From: Octopus vulgaris
Taxonomy: Eukaryota
NCBI GenBank assembly: GCA_951406725.2
Contig: OX597831.1
Span: 37,634,001-37,698,000, forward strand
Length of the DNA stretch: 64,000 nt
Reading direction: 5' to 3'
The notes under the pieces are model-generated. The model worked only from the letters and a program-made list of their open reading frames with translations, ran no database searches and was not told where the DNA came from. Positions 12,624-24,858 of this stretch are shown one piece after another (positions within the stretch are counted from its first letter, which is position 1; the number at the start of each line of letters is the position of its first letter). The position numbers and the translations under genes were made by a program.

Positions 12624-12885
12624 ATATATATGTAACGAGGGAAAACACACACACACACATATATATATTCATATACGTATATATAGATAAACATATACAT
12701 ATATATATAAACATATACATACATAAATATATATATATATATATATATACATATATATATGTATACACACACATATATATTTATGTATGTATATGTATAT
12801 ATATATATATGTTTATGTATATCTATATATACGTATATGAATATATATATGTGTGTGTGTGTGTTTTCCCTCGTTACATATATAT
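12624..12885. repeat. Inverted repeat, arms about 110 bp
   Basis: tgtaacgagggaaaacacac...attcatatacgtatatatagata versus tatctatatatacgtatatgaat...gtgtgttttccctcgttaca. Confidence 0.85.
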
Positions 12886-12904
12886 ACACATACACACACA
12901 TATA

Positions 12905-12946
<42 letters not shown>

Positions 12947-12968
12947 TATATATGACAGATCAGAGTAA

Positions 12969-13012
12969 AATCTGTCCGACGAACGGCAACGTGAAACTCA
13001 GAGTAACAGGTT
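12969..13012 (+). ncRNA. Minimal type I hammerhead ribozyme motif (CCGACGA core variant)
   Basis: aatctgt-CCGACGA-acg gcaa cgt-GAAAC tcaga GTA-acaggtt; 7-bp stem I, GNRA-capped stem II, predicted cut after 13005. Confidence 0.7.
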
Positions 13013-13097
13013 TTGTTGAATTTTCTGCTGCTTTAAATAAAGTATACATGTATGTATATATATATATATGTATATATATATGTGTATATATATATAC

Positions 13098-13155
<58 letters not shown>

Positions 13156-13781
13156 CGGCTTTTGTGTGTTTCTTAAATGGCTTATAAACACCTTCCACGC
13201 TGCAATTGTATATATATATATATATATATATAAACACACACGCACACACACACACAGACACACAAACGAATATATATATATATATATATATATACGCACA
13301 CAATGTATACAATATATACACATGCTTGCATACATTTGAGAAATAAATTACACAACGTTACTTCGAACGTTCACATTTCCGAAATTCAAACTTTGTTGAA
13401 AGTAGTAACATGATGTAAGGCATTGCGAAATTTCACCTTGAAATAGATTTAAAGCGATTACGTAATTTTCAGTTTTAACTACGGCATTTCTCTCTCTTTT
13501 TTCTTTCTAATTGAAACTCGAATGTTTAACACAAACAGAATCATACGCATCACTCACATGCACGCATACGTAGACATTCGTGTGTGGGTACACATATATG
13601 TATATCAGAACGTGTGTGTTTGAGTGATATGCGTGTTTGAGTATATTTGAGTGTGTATATATGTTCACGAAATTAGTCTAATAGCAATTACGAAACGAAC
13701 TGTGAAGAGATATTGTCAGTTAAAAATAAGAAATATAAACTTTCTTATCACTTTCTCATATTGGTGCGCATGTTTATGCGC

Positions 13782-13835
<54 letters not shown>

Positions 13836-13993
13836 AGCTTGTGTGTGTGTGTGCTTCTCTGTATGTATATGTACATACATATACGTCCACATATATATAC
13901 ACACAGACACACACACATATATATATATGAGCGTGTATGTGTTTTTGTGCTTGAGTGTATATATATGTACACACACACATATATATATATGTC

Positions 13994-14031
<38 letters not shown>

Positions 14032-14562
14032 CATATTTTCATACATAGACACACACATTTAAGTGTGGTATTTGTGTTTATCAATTTGCATTTTGAGTTT
14101 TACTTTTTATTTCTCTTACTTTTAAATGCTTATTGCTATTATCTTATTATCTAATTTTTGCTTCCCATTCGGTATTTAAACAAAGAGCATTAAGTATGAT
14201 TAAACTTAACTATACAAGATTCCAACTCGTCGATTGTTTAACGAGATAATCCATCAGTGAGTATTGGTGTTTAAGTGAAGAGTTAGAAAGCAGTGTGGTT
14301 AACAATGTTGTCCAAAGAATATAGGGATTTAATCCAACTATTACACATAAAGAACACTGTGTAGTCACCTCACATTCTAGAAATAGCAGTGAAATATTCA
14401 ACCAGTATATTTCATGTACTGTTAGATATGTTTTATCATTATCTTAACATTTTTAGATTACTAAATTGGTATGGCTTTTTCTTAATGTTTGAAATTTATT
14501 AATTTAGGTGTTTATTTACTCTTGTTGCCGTTGCTGTTGTAACTGTTGTTATTTGTTGTCTA

Positions 14563-14949
14563 GTGGAGGCGCAATGGCCCAGTGGTTAAGGCAGCGGACT
14601 CGCGGTTATAGGATCGCGGTTTCGATTCCCAGACCGGGCGTTGTGAGTGTTTATTGAGTGAAAACACCTAAAAGCTCCACGAGGCTCCGGCAGGGGATGG
14701 TGGTGATTCCTGCTGTACTCTTTCACTACAACTTTCTCTCACTCTTACTTCCTGTTTCTGTTGTACCTGTATTTCAAAGGGCCGGCCTTGTCACTCTCTG
14801 TGTCACGCTGAATATCCCCGAGAACTACGTTAAGGGTGCACGTGTCTGTGGAGTGCTCAGCCACTTACACGTTAATTTCACGAGCAGGCTGTTCCGTTGA
14901 TTCGGATCAACCGGAACCTTCATTGTCGTAACCGACGGAGTGCTTCCCC
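14563..14949 (+). mobile_element. Young tRNA-derived SINE family A, full length
   Basis: A-box tggcccagtgg, B-box-like gtttcgattc; TSD atttg(t/c)tgtcta at 14551 and 14950. Confidence 0.95.
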
Positions 14950-14953
14950 ATTT

Positions 14954-15170
14954 GCTGTCTATAAAGCGAGCTTCCTTAGTACGCTGATTTACGGCAGTGA
15001 GACGTGGAGCCGCTACCACAGAGAGGAACGGCGTCTCAATGACTTTCACCTTCGTAATCTCAGACGCATCTGGGATATCAAGTGTACCGACCACATAACC
15101 AACACCGAAGTACTCAACCAAGCCAAGATACCCAGCATACGCATCTGGCTCCAGCAGCGCCGTTTGCACT
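14954..15170 (+). pseudogene. RTE-clade LINE ORF fragment (region C-terminal to RT)
   Basis: VYKASFLSTLIYGSETW...LNDFHLRNLRRIWDIKCTDHITNTEVL...QRRLH. Confidence 0.9.
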
Positions 15171-15383
15171 TTCTCGTTTCAGTAATTTGACTGCGGCCAT
15201 GCTGAAAGCACCACCTTTAGTCGAACAAATCAACCCCAGGACTTATTCTTTGTAAGCCTAGTACTTATTCAATCGGTCTCTTTTGCCGACCCGCTAAGTT
15301 ATCGGGACGTAAACACACCAGCATCGATTGTCAAGCAATTTTGGGTGGGGGGCAAACACAGACACACAAACGTATACACACAC

Positions 15384-15414
<31 letters not shown>

Positions 15415-15626
15415 TATATTTATATATAAATATATGTATATATATATATATATACGTATATACATCGGGCTTCTTTCAGTTTGCGTCTACCAAATCCACT
15501 CACAAGGCTTGGGTTGGCCCGAGGCTATTGTAGAAGACACTAGCCCGAGGTGCCATGCAGTGGGACTGAACCCGGAACTATGTGGTTCGTAAGGAAGCTA
15601 CTTTCCACATAGCCACTCCTACGCCT
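15170..15626 (-). mobile_element. SINE family B, near full length
   Basis: Reverse complement of the 41811-42222 copy, with internal (CA/TA)n. Confidence 0.9.
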
Positions 15627-16396
15627 ATGTATGTAAACGCTACAAATAAACAATTCTGTCGTTAGCTTTTCAGTATTGAATTTATTATACATTTAAATAT
15701 TTAATATTTTTATCTACGTTCCTTCAGACGGGTCCTTTGTAAATCGTTGCATATTAATAAGTGGATCCTTTTTTTTTTCAGTTGTAAATCTTGACCATAA
15801 ACATGGACACTATTTACGCTGTAGAAACGAATCTTGTCTCCAATATCAGATTTTATAATTAGAAATCTAATGTGCAATTCAGTTCAATAACAGCTGGATA
15901 ATTATCAATTGTTTCTGAATTTCAAATTATAAATCTGAACAAATGCAACTTCCCTTGCATAATTAGAGAACACTGTGATATTCAATACGCACAGAGTGTG
16001 GCATGCATAATTATATGCAATAAATAAATAAATAGATAAAACCGTACTGTAATTCATATAAAGTTTGTTCAATTCAATACGACGTGTCTATAATATCAGT
16101 GTTTACGGCATGGAGAAAAAACAACAACTTCATAACGTACATGTAAGCATAGCTCAAAACGTCTTTCTGAACACTTCGAAGTCAACGGGTAACACGGAAA
16201 CTTAGGCAAAATGCATATATTCCGATATTCATAAAACACAAATTCTGCATATATATTATATGTGTGTGTATGTTTCTGTGTCTGGATGCATGTATGTGCG
16301 TTTGTGTGCCTGTGTGTTTATATATATATACATAAACATATGTATACATATATACATATATACACAGGAATATATATATATATATATATATATATA

Positions 16397-16451
<55 letters not shown>

Positions 16452-16526
16452 AATATTAGGGAATAAAACCAAACTTACAGGGAAAAATCAGATTTATGAT
16501 TGAATCCAATTTTATAGTAAAATATT

Positions 16527-16706
16527 ATATTATATTCAATTAGAGATAAAACCACTATTAGGCAAATCATACAATGAAAAACTTAAGCCAATATATCTTT
16601 TAATAATTTTGTTATATTTTTAAATAATATAAATTAAATAATCTTATGTATTGGCTTAAGTTTTTCATTGTATGATTTGCCTAATAGTGGTTTTATCTCT
16701 AATTGA

Positions 16707-16715
<9 letters not shown>
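16527..16715. repeat. Perfect 67-bp inverted repeat with 55-bp spacer
   Basis: 16527-16593 is the reverse complement of 16649-16715. Confidence 0.9.
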
Positions 16716-16737
<22 letters not shown>

Positions 16738-16749
16738 TCAGTTATTCAT

Positions 16750-16935
16750 TTTCTTGTTTCAGTAATTTGACTGCGGCCATTCTAGAGCACCACATTTAGT
16801 CCAACACATTGAACTCAGGACTTATTCTTTGTAAGCATTGTATTTATTCTATCCGTCTCTTTTGCGGAACCGCTTTATTACGGGGACGAAAACACCACCA
16901 ACCTCGGTTGTCAAGCGATGGTAAGGGACAAGCAC
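16750..16935 (-). mobile_element. SINE family B 3' half
   Basis: ttgtttcagtaatttgactgcggcca...ggacttattctttgtaagc...ggttgtcaagcgatg. Confidence 0.8.
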
Positions 16936-17110
16936 GCGCACACACACACATACACACACACACACACAAATATATACATGGTATTTATAGAATGTTAAAC
17001 ACTTTCGGTATGTAAATTAGGGACTCCTTCGGAGAGTAATTGCTGCATTTGTTGAGTATATAAACCGTTTGTCTGCTTGTTTCTCTGGAGACTGTCAAAA
17101 TGATGTGGAC

Positions 17111-17153
17111 GCCTCTGATGAAAACCTAAGAAGGTTCGAAAATCGATTCAGGT
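17111..17153 (+). ncRNA. Minimal type I hammerhead motif with palindromic stem III
   Basis: gcct-CTGATGA-a aacct aaga aggtt c-GAAA atcgat TC-aggt; AATCGATT palindrome; base of stem II mismatched. Confidence 0.7.
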
Positions 17154-17225
17154 TGTTCATCATCTTTTTCGGTTTGCAGGGAAATGGCAAACATTTTCCC
17201 GGTTTACAATTATACCATATGTTAC

Positions 17226-17260
<35 letters not shown>

Positions 17261-17325
17261 AAAAAATACAAACTGGGACAAAAACATGTAGAAGACGATA
17301 CAAAAAACACGGACGGGACATTCGA

Positions 17326-17385
17326 AGCCTTCAATCTTCAGTCAAGAACCGGATCATCCTCGCAATTTCGGCTGATTAATCTTGA
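17326..17385 (-). ncRNA. Hammerhead-like motif in non-circular order, truncated at the predicted cleavage site
   Basis: Minus strand: tcaaga-ttaatc-agcc-GAAA-ttgc...tcttga-CTGAAGA-ttgaa-ggct. Confidence 0.5.
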
Positions 17386-17404
17386 TAATATATATATATA
17401 TATA

Positions 17405-17545
17405 TACGACAGGTTTCTTTCAGTTTCCGTCTACCAAATCATTTGGCCGGTCCGAGGCTATAGTAAGAACCACTTGCCCACGGTGCCAGGGAGTGGAACT
17501 GAACCCGAAACCATGTGATTCGGATACAAGCTTCTTACCACATGC
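17405..17545 (-). mobile_element. SINE family B 5' half
   Basis: ttctttcagtttccgtctaccaaatc...gaggctatagta...actgaaccc...aagcttcttaccac. Confidence 0.8.
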
Positions 17546-17546
17546 C

Positions 17547-17962
17547 AAAATGTTTCTGAAAACCCTTCTTTACCATACCTAGGGCACCTACAATAACTGG
17601 AATATTTCTTGCTTTAAGATGCCATATCTTTTGTATTTCAATTTCCAAATCCTTGTATTCACTTAATTTATCAATTTCATTTTTATCAGTGGGACCGCTT
17701 ACATCTATTAGTCTACAAGTATTTTCTTCCCTGTCTTTAATAAGTATGTCTGGTCGACTAGGTTGGATCGTTCTGTCCGTGTAGACTGGAAAATCCCAGA
17801 GTATAGTGACATTATTACCTTCAATGACAGGTGATTCTGTACCAGTAAGTAGGAGTGCTGATTTTGTAGTGTTTGCATATTTTCCGATGAAAATACTGTC
17901 CTACCGTATCGTGACAATTTTGTATACGTTCGGTGTCAGCACAGATCATCCCGAAACGAGAT
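17547..17962 (-). pseudogene. R4/Dong-type non-LTR retrotransposon C-terminal fragment (restriction-like endonuclease)
   Basis: Minus strand reads VTILWDFPVYTDRTIQPSRPDILIKDREENTCRLIDVSGPTD...YKDLEIEIQKIWHL...IPVIVGALG, preceded by HDTVGQYFHRKICKHY. Confidence 0.85.
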
Positions 17963-17990
17963 TACCACTACTACTACTACTACTACTACG

Positions 17991-18021
<31 letters not shown>

Positions 18022-18064
18022 TTATATACATGCACACCAACACACACATATATATAGGCACACA

Positions 18065-18222
18065 CGTGGTTGTGTGGTAAAAAACCTGCTTCCCAATCAC
18101 ATGCTTTTGGGATCAGACGCACTGCGTGTCACCTTTGGCAAGTTTTTCATAATATAGTCTCTGGCCGACCAAAACACTTTGAGTGGATTTAGTAGACGAA
18201 AACTGAAAGAAGTCCGCCGTAT
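18065..18222 (+). mobile_element. SINE family B 5' half
   Basis: gtggttgtgtggtaa...tttggcaagt...gagtggatttagtagacgaaaactgaaagaag. Confidence 0.75.
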
Positions 18223-18379
18223 ATATATATATATATATATATATATAGGAGAGTATTGTAGTTCGCTTGAAGCATTGTGTATTGTTGGTAAAGAATAAAA
18301 AGATTTGAATGGTACAACAATGCACTATAATACAGACAATTGGCTATATACCAGTTGTAATTTAGTCATCCATAGTCTG

Positions 18380-18416
18380 ATATGATATTTCGGAATAATA
18401 TTCCTTCTTCAGATAT
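18380..18416 (-). ncRNA. Minimal type I hammerhead in PLE 3' pseudo-LTR
   Basis: atat-CTGAAGA-a-ggaat att attcc-GAAA ta TC-atat; same strand as the PLE ORF. Confidence 0.75.
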
Positions 18417-19532
18417 TCTTAGATGGAGTCGCTGCTATAATCAGTTTTCTAACGGGTTTTCTTTATTATTACTTTTTGGGGGGGGGCGAGCGTCTCAGCA
18501 GTGGTCTCACGAAGCCCCTTCCGGAATTCCCATGAGATGTGCGTGAGGCCAGCCATGTCTCAAACTCGTATTTGCTGGTTCATCCGTAGCGCAACTTCTA
18601 AGTTATGTATTATACGTGCAGCTTCCTTTTTGCCGTTCTTTTTTTTCTCTTCTCTTCTTTTTTGTTTTGTTATAAACCACAAATGAACCTACACGCATCC
18701 AGATGTAGCTAAATAATGCATTGATTACCGACCTCCAGCCTGTTGTTAATGTGGGGCCCTAGTCCGTGTATGAGTATAGCTTCCTTAATTCTTAAATAAC
18801 CCAAATTTCTTTAATTGGCCTCAGTTGTGCCTGTTATGCTTTTGTCAGTGTTCTGGCATCTGCTAGATGTTTTCTGAAGGAGGAAGCTCTCGTGTTCAGA
18901 GGTTCTTTGATGCGGACGTGTAACGGTCTTGTTGTGCTACCCACATAGAACTTTTTGCATTTGTTACATTGTATTCTATACACAACATTAACCCGTTGGC
19001 ATAAATCTGTGTCACGGATGGGACAGCTTGTTAGTGTACATTGATTGTTGCCCCTTGTTTGTTTCTTAGTGAGATATCCTCTCAGAGGGGGGCCGGATTG
19101 GGCTAGTTGTATGTCTAGCCCTTCTCTTCTTATGGCTCTCCGGATGGATGTAGTTATTCTCTCGCTAAACTGGGGTATTTTAAGGAAGCATGTGTTGCTG
19201 TTTTTTTTTTATATATTCGGCGTGTTGGTCGTCTTGGGTACTTAATCCGATTTACACTGGATCTAGGGTACCCATTGGTTTTCAATATATCTAGGAAGCG
19301 TGTAGTGTGGGTTACCTTTTCCTCCGTTCTACTGCATTTACCCTGGATGCGTGCAAGTTTATATCTGGTGGTATCCTGTTTTAGAAGTGCTGAATTGTAC
19401 TGGACAAATATATCTCTACTGGCTGCTTTGCTGTAGAACTCGGTGTGGATCACCTCTTCTTCCGTTATATTCAGTTTGAAGTCAAGTGGTGATACTGATC
19501 CAGTAATGTCAGGATGTTCTACAGTGATCTTA

Positions 19533-19925
19533 GTGGAGGCGCAATGGCCCAGTGGTTATGGCAGCGGACTCGCGGTCATAGGATCGCGGTTTCGATTCAC
19601 AGACCGAGCGTTGTGAGTGTTTATTGAGCGAAAACACCTAAAGCTCCACGAGGCTCCGGCAGGGGATGCTGGTGATCCCTGCTGTACTCTTTCACTACAA
19701 CTTTCTCTCACTCTTACTTCCTGTTTCTGTTGTACCTGTATTTCAAAGGGCCTGGCCTTGTCACTCTCTGTGTCACGCTGAATATCCCCGAGAACTACGT
19801 TAAGGGTACACGTGTCTGCGGAGTGCTCAGCCACTTACACGTTAATTTCACGAGCAGGCTGTTCCGTTGATTCGGATCAACCGGAACCCTCATCGTCGTA
19901 ACCGACGGAGTGCTTCCTCCTCCTC
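19533..19925 (+). mobile_element. SINE family A, full length, inserted in PLE RT
   Basis: Perfect 14-bp TSD ctacagtgatctta (19519, 19926); (TCC)n tail. Confidence 0.95.
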
Positions 19926-20511
19926 CTACAGTGATCTTAATATTCATGTCCATGTTATTAAACGTCGTGAAAATTCTGCATCTACGTACCTGGTGAAGAA
20001 GGCGCATGAGCGGCAGATTTTGAGTGCTCGACGTTCCAGATGGTTCATATAAGAGATGGTTAGTAGGCCCGAGAGACGAGATATCATAGGAGACCTGTTG
20101 TCTGTTTGTATATATGATCCTGGAAAGAGAACTAGGTGTTGTGCACGATGATGGACAAAAGTTCATGCATATCGCTCCAGCATTGAAGGCCCTCTATATA
20201 AAGTATCCTGGTTACTTTCCCACATCCTGAAACCCATACACTCCACCTTTCCTGGACACTTCAAGATCTCCGATGAAGTCATAAAAATACTGCACCAATT
20301 GCTCCTAGACCAACTCAGGCAAAACAGATATGCCTTTAGTCTTGAGATTGTCTCAATGTACACAACGGTGAGGACACACTCCGCGGTCAACCTACTTACT
20401 AACTGCATAATAGCGTCCGTCATCCAATGCTTCGGACTTAGCGCAGCTCATATGCATCAACGTTTGTCCATCATCGAGCACAACACCTACTTCTTGAAGT
20501 TATATAACATA

Positions 20512-20616
20512 TTTCTTGAAGTTATATGGCAAATTGAGAACGAGAGAAAAAAAACAGATACACATTCGAATATAAAATCTTAGATGAACAAACGCAGACA
20601 CAAGCAAGGGCGCGTG

Positions 20617-20652
<36 letters not shown>

Positions 20653-20806
20653 GATGCATACACAGAAATCCTCACACCCATATGCGCACACACTCTTACA
20701 GAGAATAGGCCATGGCGTCAATTTCTTCGACTAAAGGTGGTGCTCCTGCATGGCCGCTGTCAAATGATTGAAACGTGTAACAGAGTTATATACTATATGC
20801 ATGTAT

Positions 20807-20861
<55 letters not shown>

Positions 20862-20897
20862 TATATACGCAATGAAAAATTGTAAAAATGCAGAATG

Positions 20898-20944
<47 letters not shown>

Positions 20945-21055
20945 TCATACATATATGTATACCCACACTCATGTATATATATGTATATAAGGAGTAAATA
21001 TTCAAACGAATATGCATATAGATATTCTCATTGTTATTACTATCAGCGGCAAACA

Positions 21056-21120
<65 letters not shown>

Positions 21121-21965
21121 GGTGGTATGAAGCTATAATAGCGTTAAATAGCTAGAGAATAAAATTTATAATTATAACAGAGGGCACATGATACGCCTAC
21201 TTGCTAGAAAGTATATGAATATATATATATATGCGTGTATATGTGTGTGCTCGCGACAGTGTGTGTGTATATAGATTTATGTATGTATATATTAATATTT
21301 GTATACATGTATGTATGGATGTATGAATGAATGCATAAATATATATATATATGTTTAGTGCATGAGAGATGGGTATAGATAGATGGACACGCCTGTAATA
21401 TATCACACGAATTGCGTAATAATACCGTACGCCATTTAGCGATCAGTCTTTTCCACTCTTACCGTAATACATACTTCTTGCTCTTCACTAAACACACACC
21501 TGCTTCTTTTCTTGCCTAGAATGCACTATCTTCGTTTATTCAATAAATCTTTGCGACCAAGCAAAATACATTCATGGATTTAATAAACTACTTTATAATA
21601 TCCAATATTTCCAAAATAGAAATGTATTTGTTGAGAGTATTATGGAATACTATAGAGATTCTTTAAAGAAAATATATAATGTATGGAGAATTCCTTGAGG
21701 AATTCCTGTAATATTAATTCACACAAATATATGAAATTTGGTTCAGGTACATTTTTTTATTATTTTCTTTGGAATTTTTGAAGCAAAGATTTCTTGAAGT
21801 TATATGACAAATTGAAAACGAGAGAAAAGATAGAGACACATTCGAAGACATATGAAAGCATAGATGAACAAACGCAGACACACGCGAGAGCGCGATCGCA
21901 TATATATATACATACACACACAGATGCACACACTCAAATGCACACACACTCATACACACTCGTGC
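20512..21965 (+). repeat. Local direct duplication of about 180 bp (20512-20700 and 21791-21965)
   Basis: ttcttgaagttatatg(g/a)caaattga...acacattcgaa...tagatgaacaaacgcagacac in both. Confidence 0.8.
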
Positions 21966-22225
21966 GCACGCACACACATACATATGCATACACACACACA
22001 TATATATGCATATAGAAGTATTTGTACATATACGAACGCGGGAAAAAATATATGAAAATGGCTCTTATTATTTATTACTGAATCAATCACAAATTCAGAT
22101 GCCAGTAACGAAGGATTCTCTCTCTCTCTCTCTCTCACTCCCTCTCTCATCTCTCTCCAACTCACAAACTCACTCTCTATTCATCTATCTCTCTATCTAT
22201 CTATTTATCAATCTATCTGTCTACA

Positions 22226-22282
<57 letters not shown>

Positions 22283-22567
22283 GCATATACCATATATATA
22301 TAAATATGTGTATGTGTTTGTATTACGTATGTCTACATGTATGTGTATATTCATGTATACTCGCACGCATACAACCACATACACGCACACACACATATAC
22401 ACACTGAATCATCTATGTACGCATACATAAATATAATGATGTGCATATAATTATAGTGATATCATTATAATCATATACACTCCCTATATATGCACTATAT
22501 TCATATTTATGTATTTATTCATGTGTCCATATACAACTATTTATATATAAATGTGTATGTTATATAT

Positions 22568-22635
<68 letters not shown>

Positions 22636-22702
22636 CTGTATACATTTACATATATGCGTGCATATATACATATATATATATATGTGTGTGCATTTTTGTA
22701 TG

Positions 22703-22745
<43 letters not shown>

Positions 22746-23407
22746 TAAAATATACATACATAAATATTTATATTTATATATATATACATAAATGTCCTGA
22801 AGTTCGAGATGCACGCACTATAAATCGTTGATGTTTATTCGCTCTTGAAATGACAGCATCTCCATTGGGTAAAGCGTCAAAGGATTACGTTCTTTTAAGA
22901 ATGTTGCCGGGTTGCTATTGACTGTCTTTTATCAAAGATATATTCACAAACATTGCGTATTCCTATTTTCTCCTTTACATTTCTTAATTTCAATAAGTAG
23001 TGTATGAAAATATCGATTATCTGATCAAAAGTATTGACGCATCCTATTGTATCCTTTTAATTTCTCAGTCGTAATTCCTACCTGGGTTGCGTCAATAGTA
23101 TTTACTTTCACCAGAATTCAATGCAGATTCAAAGGATTTGGTATTAGGAATATAAGAGTCTATTTCTGTTAATTTAAGGCCAACATCCGGTCTACGACAG
23201 ATATAAAAGCTGGTCGTATAATATAATGCCTTATAAATGACTAGGAATGGTCTCTGAAATCATAATCTATCATTTTAAAATGTTGAGAAAACAACAGTAT
23301 TATTAGAATAACATGCAAACGTATGTATATAGGTTTATGCAGTTATGTGTCTGTATGTGTGTGCGTACATACACACATACATCCTCACATATATACATAT
23401 ATACATA

Positions 23408-23622
23408 GTACCGTCTGACTGGCCCTCGTGCCGGTGGCACGTAAAAGCACCCACTACACTCTCAGAGTGGTTGTCGTTAGAAAAGGTATCTAGCTGTAGA
23501 AACACTGCCAGATCAGATAGGGGTCCGGTGCAGCCATCTGGTTCGCCAGAAATCAATCAAATTGTCCAACCCATGCTAGCTTGGAAAGCGGACGTTAAAC
23601 GATGATGATGATGATGATGATA
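23408..23622 (+). mobile_element. 3' part of a retroposon with (GAT)n tail
   Basis: gtgccggtggcacgtaaaagcacc...caacccatgctagc...ggacgttaaacgatgatgatg. Confidence 0.65.
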
Positions 23623-24028
23623 TATATATATTATATATATATACATAAACATTTACGGAGATGTACCTGCATAGCAAGTGATCGGATCTGAGATCGCGTG
23701 CTGAAACCAAAACATTTGCAACGTGGAAGTTGTTTATAAGCCATTTAAACACACAGAAAAATATTTTAATTTAATTTGTTAAAAATAATATTTTCGTCGC
23801 TTTGATACCGCGAATTATTCACTGAGAAAATTCCGTGCTGCATTCCGTGTGTTGTTGTTGTATAAACATAATTTCTATATCTCACAAAGAGATATATTCA
23901 GTAACAATTATTTAAAGTAAAGCTATCGGAAATACCGTGTGGTATAGCCAGCTGACAACGATGTTTCCTAGGGCTAAACAGCAGTAACAATCGTTCCATC
24001 CAGGATAGCCACATTATGTTCGCAAATA

Positions 24029-24087
<59 letters not shown>

Positions 24088-24091
<4 letters not shown>

Positions 24092-24325
24092 GGTAAAGAC
24101 CCCCTTCGGTCATGACTGACCATGGGATTGCACCTAGAAAGTTACCCTCCTAGACACAAGTCCGGGCAAGGTTGTTTATGGAAGACCAGCAGTCGCCCAT
24201 GCATACCAGCCTCTCCTCTCCACGCCACCAGTGTTATCCAAGGGAAAGACAAAGGTTGATACAGCTTGGCACCAGTGACGTCGCAACTCATTTCTACAGC
24301 TGAGTGAACTGGAGCAACGTGAAAT
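24088..24325 (-). mobile_element. Retroposon (SINE-like) 3' fragment within (TA)n
   Basis: GC-balanced segment ending ...ggtctttacccttt on the minus strand, flanked by (TA)n. Confidence 0.5.
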
Positions 24326-24439
24326 ATATATATATATAGTATGAGTTTGGAAGGAGTTCTCGGTCCTTCTAGAATAAAGTAGAAATTACATTAACATATA
24401 TAAGAGTTAGGTAACTGGGACATTTTGTGCCTCCTGCAG

Positions 24440-24700
24440 TTGAGAGAAAGCTAGAGGTATGGTGAAAGCAAGATGGTGCGCCCACTGACTGAAGCCTTAA
24501 AGTCAATTTTTGAAAGGAAGATAGTTTCGAGAAACTCTGAATTCAATTGAACTTCGGGCTAACCTGATTCAGCTGATCCACACTTTATCTTGTAGAGATG
24601 TCTAAAAGACAGAGGTTTCCGCTCAAGCCTCGGACCGTCAAGCAATTTGAAGCCAATATCCGTGAAAAAATTTAAAGAATAAGCCAATAAACTTTATGAA
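24440..24700 (+). pseudogene. Second, highly decayed Tc1/mariner transposase remnant
   Basis: VW*KQDGAP...KIVSRNSEFN*...PD...LKDR, resembling WFQQDGAP...ISR...WP..SPD...LK. Confidence 0.55.
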
Positions 24701-24858
24701 AGATAAGGGAAGGAACATGGAGGAAAAGTGAGTGTGCCGGAAAGACAGGAAGATAGAAGAGACCTGCCAACAACATTGTGTGAGAGAGATGCAGAGATGA
24801 AAGAAATGCCGATAGAAGTAACATTAGAAGAGACTAATGATGGAAAACAGGAAGATAT

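Larger units (their letters stand above)
18246..20495 (-). mobile_element. Decayed Penelope-like element with SINE insertion and internal inversion
   Basis: Minus strand GIY-YIG VVYRIQCNKCKKFYVGSTTRPLHVRI (about 18905-18995); minus strand RT FQDHIYKQTTGL...YMNHLE...FFTRYVD (19960-20130); plus strand RT piece GPLYKVSWLLSHILKP...FSLEIVSMYT (20173-20495); HHR in the 3' region. Confidence 0.85.

Noticed and set aside
14563-14640. tRNA gene calls at SINE heads
   Set aside because: No complete acceptor stem; followed by SINE body and flanked by TSDs
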